A program made the translations under genes and the position numbers. From Bacteroidota bacterium (GTDB taxonomy: Bacteria; Bacteroidota; Ignavibacteria; UBA10030; JAHEZR01), in NCBI GenBank assembly GCA_049589195.1, contig JBAWAH010000048.1:64250-128249 (forward strand): a DNA stretch of 64,000 nucleotides, given 5' to 3'. The notes beneath the pieces are model-generated. The model was not told the origin of the DNA and ran no database searches. It was given only the letters and a program-made list of their open reading frames with translations. This document shows positions 37,809 through 46,397 of the stretch, piece by piece; the first letter of the stretch is position 1; each line of letters starts with the position of its first letter.

Positions 37809-38202
37809 GCGCTTATCCGAGGAGGCACTGACCAACGAGATTCCAAAGATTCATCGTTCGCAGAACTCCTCCCACTTTGATGGTGGCGCACTAGGATTCT
37901 ACGGTTTGTCGTCTTGACATTCCGTCGCAAATGTTTTAGATTTGGTTAAGCAAGGCTACGCCGAACCTTCCAATCTCCCGTGGGACAAGCCATCGGATAC
38001 CCTACCCATGTCCTCATGGAAACTGTTTGTTGGTTTTGTGATGAAAGGGTCGACGATCGAAGAGGAGGAGTGAGGATGCTGTGTGTGTTGACCACGAGCA
38101 TTGGACTTGTTTAGCTGCAATGCGTGCAGGCGAGGCCTGCTGATTAGTGACAGAACGATTGAAGGATGGAGCTTTCCTCGTCAGTGCGACTTCTAAGGAA
38201 AC

Positions 38203-40494
38203 GTGAAAGTGTCCGAGATAGATAGAATATATGAATTGATTGAGAAGAAGGAATTCCAAGAGGCGGAGAACACTCTCGCCGAATTGGGGAAACAAGGCCT
38301 TCGCTCATCCGTCGTTAACTACTTTCTTGGAATCATTTACAGTGAATATGATAACAAGGAAAAATCTATACAAAAGGCTAAAGAATTCTTTCAGTATGCC
38401 ATTGATGGGGAACAACCCATTGAGGATGCATTTCTACGCCTTTCGACCCTTGAGACGATCCGGCCACACTCAATTAGGATTCTCCGAAAAGGGCTCGAGA
38501 TTTTCCCGAAGAGCACAGAGTTGTATGAAAAGCTGCTATTGTTGAACAAAGTGAGCGAGAGAGAGCAGATATATTCCGAGGTTGTTGCTAAAGGCATCAC
38601 GTCTTCTACTTTAGATAGCATTATGCTATGTACTTTCGCTGAGCTAAGCAAGTATGACGATGGTCTCAAGCTTGCTCCAAAGGTAACTCCGAGTGATCAT
38701 TTCTCTATGTTGCTCAAACGGGCCATTGAGGGATTTTGCTACCTCGAGACAAACAATGTGGGAGTCGCGACTGCCCGCTTCGAAGAGCTTCTGGGTGAAG
38801 ATATCTCCAGGGATTTAAAATATGCACCTCATGTCGGCCTGGTACTCTGCTATATCCAAGACAAGAAAGAAGACCGGGCGCTGGATATTTTCTCCGAAGT
38901 GCCTCTTGAAAGTGAAGTAGAAGGTTATCTCCTAACACCCCCCTTGTGGTTTGACTTCGGGGATTACTTCTTGAAGGCTCTGTCTCACATTGAGAGATTC
39001 ACCAAAGACAGGGAAGTTATAGGAAAGGTGCGCGGACTCCGAGGATTACATCTATACGGATATGCACCCGCCTCCCAGAAGATGTCAAGGTACAGAAGCG
39101 ACCTGGAATATGCAAACAGAGTATATCCACGGAACAGAAAATTCTGTGAATACCTGGCAAATATATCTCTGCAACAGAACCAACTTTACACTGCGTACAA
39201 GTCCAACCTGCAACTTCTCAAGAATCTATCGGAAGATGAACATAGGCAGGAGTACGATTACATAGACTGTGACTTCATAAGTCAGATGGACGAGAATGAT
39301 TTTCAAAGAGTATTGACAGATTTCAGGGGGCTAGTGTCTGAAAGAAATTATCAATGGCGGGGTTTTATTTACTCGATCCTGCTGAACCCAATTGTGGAAA
39401 AGCTCTTCAAGAAGAAAGACTATAAGGGTATCGTCGAGTTGGCGGATTCTCTGAGCGATCAAGATTTGAGACAATCCAACGTACTGTTTGAGATTGCGTA
39501 TGCCTATTCAGAGGTCGGTAACAGAGCGCATTCAAAGAAATGCTATGAAATGCATGTAGAGAAAAGAGGAATCACGTCCTCGGTGGCGAACAACTTGGGT
39601 GTCCTGTACCAGCGAAATGGAGATCTGCAGAAAGCAGAAGAATTCTTTACTAAGTCGATTGGCTTAGACCCGGAGGACGATTTACCAAAGAGGAATTTGG
39701 AGGAAGTAAAGGCACTTAGAGATGCTGCACTACGATTCACTAACGAGAGCTTCGAGAGTAAGCGAACGATGCTTTTGTTATCCAAGAATAAGAATATAGA
39801 TGGGTACATCGTCGGTTCCGACAAGGAGGTATCAGATCGCATATCAAAAGAAGAGAGAGAGTGCAGAGCTCTAATGGGAGAGTTCATGCAAAAAAAGTAC
39901 CTTTCAAGGGTGACTGATTACAAAAGCCATACAAACAAGCCAACCTACAAGATAAACCCGGACATTGAGAAACAACTTTCAGTTCTGGAGCAAGACCTGC
40001 AAAGGGAGACCGAGTTTGTTGAGATAGCGAAGAACATCACTGCAGAGGCTTTGGAAAGAATCGGTTACGATGATGAGTTAACATCGTCGTTAACGAAGAT
40101 CTTGTCGCATGAGTTGCAAGCCATGCTTAAAAGAGATCTCAAAGAGAATGCCCTGGCTTTAGCAACGAAATCTTACAAGGCCTCGCTCGTGATTAGTGGA
40201 AGCATGATTGAAGCTTTGCTTCTCGATAGAATTAGCTCAAGAAAAGTGACCTCGTATAGAATGGCTAGCGGCAGGAATAAGAAAGTTGCCGAAATGGATC
40301 TAGGCGAACTCCTGGAAGTTGCCAAGAAGGAGAAAATCATCGCCGACCAACTATACCATCTGGCACATGCTTTGCGTGGGTTCAGGAACCTAATTCATCC
40401 CGGAGTAGAGTATCGCAAAAAAGCGATGCCAGTAACCGAACAGAATGCTAGGATAGCTTGGGATATCACGCGCAAAATCATCCTTGAGCTATGA
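38203..40494 (+). CDS. hypothetical TPR-repeat protein with a C-terminal HEPN-like (Rx4-6H) domain; candidate defence/abortive-infection effector
   Basis: 763-aa ORF with a GTG start and an aagga RBS-like sequence 4 nt upstream, in an AT-rich island. Contains clear TPR units (e.g. SVANNLGVLYQRNGDLQKAEEFFTKSIGLDPED). The C-terminal roughly 130 aa are predicted helical, with ...QLYHLAHALRGFRNLIHPG... fitting the HEPN Rx4-6H RNase motif. Confidence 0.5.
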   Translation: MKVSEIDRIYELIEKKEFQEAENTLAELGKQGLRSSVVNYFLGIIYSEYDNKEKSIQKAKEFFQYAIDGEQPIEDAFLRLSTLETIRPHSIRILRKGLEIFPKSTELYEKLLLLNKVSEREQIYSEVVAKGITSSTLDSIMLCTFAELSKYDDGLKLAPKVTPSDHFSMLLKRAIEGFCYLETNNVGVATARFEELLGEDISRDLKYAPHVGLVLCYIQDKKEDRALDIFSEVPLESEVEGYLLTPPLWFDFGDYFLKALSHIERFTKDREVIGKVRGLRGLHLYGYAPASQKMSRYRSDLEYANRVYPRNRKFCEYLANISLQQNQLYTAYKSNLQLLKNLSEDEHRQEYDYIDCDFISQMDENDFQRVLTDFRGLVSERNYQWRGFIYSILLNPIVEKLFKKKDYKGIVELADSLSDQDLRQSNVLFEIAYAYSEVGNRAHSKKCYEMHVEKRGITSSVANNLGVLYQRNGDLQKAEEFFTKSIGLDPEDDLPKRNLEEVKALRDAALRFTNESFESKRTMLLLSKNKNIDGYIVGSDKEVSDRISKEERECRALMGEFMQKKYLSRVTDYKSHTNKPTYKINPDIEKQLSVLEQDLQRETEFVEIAKNITAEALERIGYDDELTSSLTKILSHELQAMLKRDLKENALALATKSYKASLVISGSMIEALLLDRISSRKVTSYRMASGRNKKVAEMDLGELLEVAKKEKIIADQLYHLAHALRGFRNLIHPGVEYRKKAMPVTEQNARIAWDITRKIILEL

Positions 40495-40661
40495 AATGAC
40501 ATTCTTATTAATGAACTCAGGCCTCGCCTATCCTCTAGAGAAGCATTATCCGACCAGTGACGACTGCATTCCGAATAGAAAAACAGGCCTTACTTCTGAG
40601 ACCCGTTCGCTTTTTGACCGAAATTCTGTGAGCGGATTCCTTCTTTCCGCCTTGATTCCGT

Positions 40662-41672
40662 TCAACTCACTTCAAACATTTCTTCCACTGCGCTCTCCAT
40701 CGTGACCTTTGCTTTGTCAAGGGCCTTCTTGACTTTTCGTTCTATTTCTCGCTTGCTGTCGTCCAACTTTCTCATTGCGCCGTCAAGGTGAATCCGGAGC
40801 TTCTCTAGTTTTCGGTCAATGTCCGGCATCTGAAACTCAAAATGGTCAAAGTCTCGGAATCCCTCCGGTGGAGCAAAGTTCTCCAACGACGGGCCGAAGC
40901 CATAGTCATCTCCGTCTTCGATTTCCAGAGTTAAAGTCTGTCGCGCTCCCTTGCGGAGAATCTCGATGCTCGCTTTCTCACCATCGTCATACTTTGAGAG
41001 CCGCCGGCGGACATCGCGGATGGTCTCTACATCCTTCTCTCCGACTTTCAGGAGGATATCTCCAGCCTTGAATCCAGCTTTCTCTGCGGCGCTTCCTTCT
41101 TCCACGTTCTCGACTAACACTCCTTTTCCCTCTGGAGCTTCAAAGTATTTCCCAAGTTGAGGGTTCAGCTCCATCAAGCCCAACCCCATCGTGCCTTTTC
41201 CTCCGAAGATCATAATCCGGTTGGGGATGGCTGGAGGTGTAACTCCAAAGAATGGAGTTCGTCGAGGAGACTTCTTAAGTAAGGCATATAGCTCTCTTCT
41301 TTCTCCGTCTCGCATCACGACAACCTTCACCTTTGTCCCAACCTCTGCTTTTCGAACTGCCTTGACCACGTCGTCTGCATCATAGACCTGTCGACCATTG
41401 AACTCGACGATCACGTCGCCCTCCTGAATACCAGCAGAATCCGCCGGGCTCTTCCTCACTACATCGCTTACGTATGCACCCTCGTCGGTTTTGAGGTTCT
41501 CTTTCTTTGCGAGCTGGGATGTCACGTTCTGCAAAGAGACCCCCAGCCACGGCTGTCGGGATGACCTCTCAGACTGGAGAGGCGGTAAATCAAATCTTGC
41601 CACGGCGTAAGGTGTCGCACCCAGCATGAGGATAGCCGCAAGTAGCGCCCCGAGAACGATTCTTGGTTTCAT
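40662..41672 (-). CDS. periplasmic protein with two PDZ domains
   Basis: Signal peptide MKPRIVLGALLAAILMLGA, two PDZ units (GAYVSDVVRKSPADSAGIQEGDVIVEFNG..., GVLVENVEEGSAAEKAGFKAGDILLKVG...), and a C-terminal coiled coil. The ORF-caller's start at 41708 reads 12 extra codons across the upstream REP palindrome; the true start is probably ATG 41672. Confidence 0.75.
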   Translation of the reverse strand: MKPRIVLGALLAAILMLGATPYAVARFDLPPLQSERSSRQPWLGVSLQNVTSQLAKKENLKTDEGAYVSDVVRKSPADSAGIQEGDVIVEFNGRQVYDADDVVKAVRKAEVGTKVKVVVMRDGERRELYALLKKSPRRTPFFGVTPPAIPNRIMIFGGKGTMGLGLMELNPQLGKYFEAPEGKGVLVENVEEGSAAEKAGFKAGDILLKVGEKDVETIRDVRRRLSKYDDGEKASIEILRKGARQTLTLEIEDGDDYGFGPSLENFAPPEGFRDFDHFEFQMPDIDRKLEKLRIHLDGAMRKLDDSKREIERKVKKALDKAKVTMESAVEEMFEVS

Positions 41673-41684
41673 GTTTTTCTCCCT

Positions 41685-41712
41685 TTCCAGTGTGGTAGGG
41701 GCGTTCAATTGA
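41685..41712. repeat. REP palindrome: gtaggggcgttcaattgaacgcccctac (perfect 28-nt inverted repeat, GTAG...CTAC ends)
   Basis: Perfect palindrome 32 nt upstream of the RAYT ORF. A near-identical copy (27/28) lies at 42078..42105. Confidence 0.75.
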
Positions 41713-41743
41713 ACGCCCCTACAATGGGACCTCGTTCGGGTAT

Positions 41744-42394
41744 TTGTTCGTCATTTTCCATATCTTTCTGTGCCACGTTGACCCTTTTTCAATGTACAGT
41801 TCAACAAAACACCATCGACGCTCTATCTGCCTGAAGGGATACGATTACTCTCTGTCCGGTGCATATTTCGTCACGGTGTGCACTAAGAATCGCAGTCCTC
41901 TTCTTGGAACAATTGTTAATGGCGAGATGAGGCTTTCGCCAATTGGTGAAGTGTCGAAAAAACTGTGGTATGAAATTCCACGCCACTTTTTGGATGTGCA
42001 ATTGGATGAATTCGTCGTTATGCCAAACCATATACATGGAATTGTCTTGCTGTGGGGCGACCCACAAAGACCATCCGGTAGGCATGTTCAATTGAACATC
42101 CCTACCCCACAGGATTATTATTCAAGAATCTCGCCGAAGAAGAAAACACTGTCTGTCATAATCCGAACCTACAAAGCTGCGGTTACGACTTGGTGTCGGA
42201 AGAGCGGGTTCGTCGATTTTCAATGGCAGGCAGGCTTTTTCGACCACATCATCCGTAGCGAAACATCCTTGAACCGCATCCGTTCGTACATCGCAACCAA
42301 TGCTGAACGATGGCAGCTCGACCGAGAGAACCCGGAGAAAACCACCAACGACCAATTCGATGATTGGCTCCGTTCAGCACTCCCTCTGTGGTAA
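41744..42394 (+). CDS. REP-associated tyrosine transposase (RAYT, IS200-like Y1 HUH transposase family)
   Basis: ...HRRSICLKGYDYSLSGAYFVTVCTKNR..., HUH motif VVMPNHIHGIVLL, and C-terminal ...FQWQAGFFDHIIRSE...RIRSYIATNAERW carrying the catalytic Tyr, all typical of TnpA_REP. Probable start is ATG 41792 (MYSSTKHHRRS). Confidence 0.85.
   Translation: MFVIFHIFLCHVDPFSMYSSTKHHRRSICLKGYDYSLSGAYFVTVCTKNRSPLLGTIVNGEMRLSPIGEVSKKLWYEIPRHFLDVQLDEFVVMPNHIHGIVLLWGDPQRPSGRHVQLNIPTPQDYYSRISPKKKTLSVIIRTYKAAVTTWCRKSGFVDFQWQAGFFDHIIRSETSLNRIRSYIATNAERWQLDRENPEKTTNDQFDDWLRSALPLW
42078..42105. repeat. REP palindrome copy (gtaggcatgttcaattgaacatccctac) lying in-frame inside the RAYT coding sequence
   Basis: 27/28 self-complementary and the same family as 41685..41712. 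Encodes ...GRHVQLNIPT... in the variable region between the HUH and Tyr motifs. Confidence 0.7.
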
Positions 42395-42483
42395 TGCCGT
42401 TTGGTTAAACGCTCCCGCTACACATTGGACTCCCCATGCCATGAGATGGTTGACACCCCGCTTTGTATCCCCTCAAAATAAAA

Positions 42484-42516
42484 ACGGGTCTCACTGAGGG
42501 GGACCCGTCTTCTTTC
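42484..42516. terminator. bidirectional rho-independent terminator (stem acgggtc/gacccgt)
   Basis: Hairpin followed by tcttcttt on the + strand (after the RAYT) and tttttatttt on the - strand (immediately after the DoxX stop at 42535). Confidence 0.6.
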
Positions 42517-42534
42517 GCGCTCAAGTTCTTCCAG

Positions 42535-43005
42535 CTAGTAGAGCATACTCTTGGATTTGCCCTTAGCCAGGAGTGCATCTATCCCGAACGTTCGACCGGC
42601 CCTTGCAAGAAACAGAACAAGCAAGGAGGCAATCACGAGGATAGCCGAAGGATTCCCAAGGATGCTGATGGACAGGAGTGCGCCACTCGTGAGGTGGAAA
42701 TTGAGGACTGTCAGCATCCCAATGAATGTCGATAATCGGACAAGAAGCCCGAGGAAGAGGGAGATTCCTAACGCTGTCTCACCGAGAGGGATTAGCTTTG
42801 ACCAGAAGTCAACCCCCGGCTTCCCAACGTGCTCGATGTACCACTTCGAGGTCGGCGGAGCATTCTGTTCAAGGCCCAAGAGAGACTTCTGCAAGCGCTC
42901 GCTGTCTGTGAGCCAGCCGGTCTGTATCTTTGTGTAGCCCAAGTAGAGGAAAAAGAGCGCCACAGCAAGTCGAAGGATGACAATCGGAACTGGAGACGAC
43001 TTCAT
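42535..43005 (-). CDS. DoxX-family membrane protein
   Basis: 156 aa, four TM helices, with the DoxX-type pattern (RLAVALFFLYLGYTK..., ...GETALGISLFLGLLVRLSTFIGMLTVLNFHL...). Confidence 0.75.
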   Translation of the reverse strand: MKSSPVPIVILRLAVALFFLYLGYTKIQTGWLTDSERLQKSLLGLEQNAPPTSKWYIEHVGKPGVDFWSKLIPLGETALGISLFLGLLVRLSTFIGMLTVLNFHLTSGALLSISILGNPSAILVIASLLVLFLARAGRTFGIDALLAKGKSKSMLY

Positions 43006-43017
43006 CGGAGTTTGCCT

Positions 43018-45186
43018 TTACTGTGACGAGGCTCCCCACGTTTTTTCTCTGACATCCAACTCTCTCAAGATGTTTTGCGCACCTGCGAACTTATCGAGGA
43101 TGAAGAGAATATATGTTGACTCGACCGAGATCATGCGATTCCGAGGGGGATCGAATCGGTAGTCTCCCGTGATCGCCTCCCAGTTTCCGTCAAATGCCGC
43201 ACCGACGAACTCGCCGCGCCCGTTGATGACCGGACTGCCGGAATTCCCGCCGGTGATGTCGCAGTCAGCAAGGAAACAGACCGGCACGTCTCCTAATTTC
43301 GGGTCGGCATAATTCCCAAAGTCCTTGGTCTCATATAACTCTTTGAGTTTTGGCGGAACGATAAAGGGATCTTCACCGGTTTCTTTTTCAATTACTCCAC
43401 CGAGTTTTGTAACCCAAAGGTACGAGACAGCATCCCGCGGCGCGAACCCCTTGACAGTTCCATAGGTCAGGCGGAGCGTGCGATTTGCATCAGGGTAGGT
43501 CAACTCTCCCTTCCATTTGCCCCACGCCTCCATGAGCTGACCACGGAGTGCACTGACGTTGGTATTGAACTTGGCAATTTTCTCAGCGATCTGTTTGTTC
43601 TCTTTGTCCAGATCCCGAGCTAGCCGAACAAACGGATCATCCGCGATGTTGTCGGCGTCTTTCTTCATTAGTTCATCACAGCGGTCAATTGAAGTCAGGA
43701 GACTATCAGAATAGAGGTCATTGAAGTAATCTCGAATGGCCTCCTCTCTTTTTGTTCCCGTCTTCCCATGCACGATCTCCTCAACCGCCGCGATCTTCTG
43801 GGTGGCGGGGAGGTCGGCAGCTTTCAGAAAAAGTGCCACCATGACATCCTTGTCAGCCTGAACGTCGACGTCTTTGTGGACGTTGCGGACGAACGTCTTC
43901 AGATTGGAGATCTCTCCTTCGGTCGGTTCCTGTTTTGCCTTTGATTGAGCGAAGCTGGCGAACCGTGTTGCGATGCGGAGCAGATCGCCGCCGAACGTAA
44001 TGTTCTGCATCATAATCTGCTTCTTGTTGAAGCTCTGGAGCTCGGCGTATTGCTTTCCGATATTGGGCAGAACATCGCCGTACTTCTTCTGCAGCTCAGG
44101 GCTAGTGCCAAGCCACTTCGTGAAGTCTGTCTCAAGGCCTTGCTTCCATTCGAGGATCTTGTATTTTTGGATACCCTCACGCATTCCCTCGTAATTCTTG
44201 AATGTGTTGGCGATTCCACGGATCTTGTTCGCCACTTTGATCTCCACTGCTTTGTCACTCTTTCCAGCTTTCTCGAGGATATCCATTCTGGTCTTGAACA
44301 AATCGATCGTCAGTGGATATGTCTCTCGCTGAGCGAGGGCGATCGAGTAAGAATCTCTATAGCGAAATGTCCGCCCCGGGTATCCCATTACCATCACGAA
44401 GGAACCATCTTGGACGCCCGTCTCCGATATCGGGAGGTATTTCGTCGGTTTGTACGGAACGTTCTGCTTCGAGTACTTCGCCGGTTTGCCGTCCGGGCCG
44501 ACGTACGCACGGAAAATGGAAAAGTCTCCAGTATGCCTCGGCCACATCCAGTTATCAACCTCACCACCGTAGTTGCCAATCGAGCCGGGTGGGGCGTAAA
44601 CGAGACGAACATCGAGAAGCCGCTCAGAGGTGAACAGGAAGTACTTCAACCCGCTGAACATGTCTGTGACTCGGCAATCGAGTTTCGTCTTCTCCTTCCA
44701 CTTGCTCTCAAGTTCTCTCGACTTCTCCTCGATTGCCTTCGCGCGCTGTTCAATCGTCATTGTGTCGTTCACTGCACTCAACACATCTGCTGTGACGTCC
44801 ACGATATCCTTGTTGATCGAGGCCGTGTAATTCTCAGCAGGGAGTTCCTCATCGCGTGTCTTTGCGAGAAACCCGTCCTTGAGGTAGTCATGGTCGACCG
44901 AACTCAAGGACTGGATCGCCCCGTACGCGACGTGGTGATTTGTCATCATAAGGCCTTCAGCGGAAACGAACGATCCAGTACCACCACCAAGGAGAACAAC
45001 AGCATCCTTGAGACTTGGCGATGTCGAGCTGAAGATCTCTTCTGCAGAAAGTTGAAGACCTTTCGCCTTCATCGCCTGGATTGGAAGGCTGTTCAAGAGC
45101 CACATACCTTCGTCTATGCTCTTCCACGAGATGAATGAAAGGGAGAGCGCGATGATGCTAAAAACGAAAATCCCTTTTCTTAACAT
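43018..45186 (-). CDS. S46-family dipeptidyl-peptidase (DPP7/DPP11-like serine peptidase)
   Basis: Signal peptide MLRKGIFVFSIIALSLSFISW. Chymotrypsin-fold catalytic His near ...MTNHHVAYG... and Ser in ...GGNSGSPVINGRGEFVGAAFDGNWE..., separated by the helical insert typical of S46. The ORF-caller's start (45465) is over-extended; ATG 45186 is the likely start. Confidence 0.85.
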   Translation of the reverse strand: MLRKGIFVFSIIALSLSFISWKSIDEGMWLLNSLPIQAMKAKGLQLSAEEIFSSTSPSLKDAVVLLGGGTGSFVSAEGLMMTNHHVAYGAIQSLSSVDHDYLKDGFLAKTRDEELPAENYTASINKDIVDVTADVLSAVNDTMTIEQRAKAIEEKSRELESKWKEKTKLDCRVTDMFSGLKYFLFTSERLLDVRLVYAPPGSIGNYGGEVDNWMWPRHTGDFSIFRAYVGPDGKPAKYSKQNVPYKPTKYLPISETGVQDGSFVMVMGYPGRTFRYRDSYSIALAQRETYPLTIDLFKTRMDILEKAGKSDKAVEIKVANKIRGIANTFKNYEGMREGIQKYKILEWKQGLETDFTKWLGTSPELQKKYGDVLPNIGKQYAELQSFNKKQIMMQNITFGGDLLRIATRFASFAQSKAKQEPTEGEISNLKTFVRNVHKDVDVQADKDVMVALFLKAADLPATQKIAAVEEIVHGKTGTKREEAIRDYFNDLYSDSLLTSIDRCDELMKKDADNIADDPFVRLARDLDKENKQIAEKIAKFNTNVSALRGQLMEAWGKWKGELTYPDANRTLRLTYGTVKGFAPRDAVSYLWVTKLGGVIEKETGEDPFIVPPKLKELYETKDFGNYADPKLGDVPVCFLADCDITGGNSGSPVINGRGEFVGAAFDGNWEAITGDYRFDPPRNRMISVESTYILFILDKFAGAQNILRELDVREKTWGASSQ

Positions 45187-45364
45187 GCGAGTTGCTCCTT
45201 CGTTTGATGTTTTGCCGAGTGAAGACGGAAAAAACGTGGGCACAAGATGTCGAAAATTACCAGAAGAATCAAGAGAAGAAGGGCGACCACATTCTCGTTT
45301 TGTTGAATTAGGAAGAGAAAATGGATATATTGAGAACGAGAATTTCACAGACTCGGAATCGATT

Positions 45365-46213
45365 ATGATTGTGTATCTTAATGGAGAATTTCTTGAGAAA
45401 GAAAAAGCTCTGATCTCGGTCGAGGATCGAGCTTTTCTCTTTGCAGATGGAGTGTACGAAGTCATCCGATGCTATGAGGGACGGCCCTTTCGGCTTGAAG
45501 AGCATTTGAGAAGGTTAGACGAGAGTATCCAGGCTGTTCGGATTGACTTGTCAGACTCCAGGCTGATTGGAGAGGTGGCGAAAAGGTTGATCGTTGAGAA
45601 CGGTCTCACAAAAGGGGACGCACTCATCTACATCGAAATCACTCGGGGTTCTGCGCCGCGTGCTCACATATTTCCGCCGAAAGGCACAAAGCCAACTGTG
45701 TACGTGGGCGCGGTGGAATTTCACCCAAAGCACGGCCAGATGGAGAATGGCATTTCCGTGATCCTCGTGCCCGACATTCGGTGGACACGCTGCGATGTCA
45801 AAGCCGTTGGGCTTCTTCCAAATGTGTTGATGGCGCAGCGCGCCCTTGACGAAGGCGCAGACGACGCAATCTTTGTGCGCGACGGTGTTGCCATTGAGGG
45901 CACCGCGAGCAACGTCTTCGGCGTGTTTGGTGGGGTGGTTGTGACGCATCCGAAGACGAACCTGACACTTGCAGGGGTTACACGAGATGTAGTGCTCGAG
46001 TTGTGCGCCAAACTCGAGCTTCCAATCCGCGAGACGCCGATCATGGAGTCACAGCTTTCCCAGGCTGAGGAGCTTTTCGTGACGAGCACGACGATGGAGA
46101 TCACGCCAGTTGTGAAAGTGGATGGGAGAGCTATTGGGAGCGGGAAGCCCGGGACGCTTACGAGGCGGATACAGAAGGAGTTTCGGGAGCTTGTTCGATC
46201 GTCCGGAGACTGA
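45365..46213 (+). CDS. class IV (fold type IV) aminotransferase: branched-chain amino-acid or D-amino-acid aminotransferase
   Basis: ...EDRAFLFADGVYEVIR..., ...HLRRL..S..., ...TRCDVKAVGLLPNVLMAQRA...GADDAIFV... and ...ELFVTSTTMEITPV... match the BCAT/DAAT family. True start is ATG 45365 (MIVYLNGEF); the ORF-caller's 45116 start is spurious. Confidence 0.8.
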   Translation: MIVYLNGEFLEKEKALISVEDRAFLFADGVYEVIRCYEGRPFRLEEHLRRLDESIQAVRIDLSDSRLIGEVAKRLIVENGLTKGDALIYIEITRGSAPRAHIFPPKGTKPTVYVGAVEFHPKHGQMENGISVILVPDIRWTRCDVKAVGLLPNVLMAQRALDEGADDAIFVRDGVAIEGTASNVFGVFGGVVVTHPKTNLTLAGVTRDVVLELCAKLELPIRETPIMESQLSQAEELFVTSTTMEITPVVKVDGRAIGSGKPGTLTRRIQKEFRELVRSSGD

Positions 46214-46275
46214 GGGACTTGTGTTTTGTGATCAACGACAGGACGAGAGTCTCATCCCGCCTGCCTCAACCGATG

Positions 46276-46312
46276 GTAGGACAGGTGTCCTCACCTGTCC
46301 ACCCGTCAGGTG
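46276..46312. repeat. REP doublet (BIME-like): GTAGG + hairpin ggacaggtg/tcct/cacctgtcc, then a second hairpin cacctg/.../caggtg sharing an arm
   Basis: Same architecture as the 18534 and 48140 elements (GTAGG, 8-9-bp stem, t(t/c)ct loop). Intergenic between the aminotransferase gene and lemA. Confidence 0.65.
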
Positions 46313-46397
46313 GCACGATTTCACTTGATTTAGCTTCAATGATTAGCTAATTTTGCTGAGTGGTGAACGACCTCTCACAAGCAAAGGAGCGAAAACG

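Larger units (their letters stand above)
41685..42394 (+). mobile_element. REP / RAYT (REP-associated tyrosine transposase) unit
   Basis: An IS200/Y1-type HUH transposase homologue, flanked by and containing GTAG-headed REP palindromes. Confidence 0.7.

Noticed and set aside
37880-37935. Degenerate REP-like string (gtcgtcttgacattccgtcgc) upstream of the island gene
   Set aside because: Only loosely similar to the gtcagacattcttgtctgac hairpin, and the arms are direct, not inverted. Noted in the island finding but not called as a repeat.
40484-40705. 73-aa ORF overlapping the 3' end of the TPR/HEPN gene; considered as a possible antitoxin/immunity partner
   Set aside because: Overlaps the HEPN gene end by 11 nt and the 3' end of the convergent PDZ gene. 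Low-complexity composition, no RBS-like context, and no recognisable fold. Probably not a gene.
43945-45138. 397-aa plus-strand ORF
   Set aside because: Lies entirely antisense to the well-supported S46 peptidase gene. Low-complexity Leu/Arg-rich translation typical of an open antisense frame in GC-rich coding DNA.
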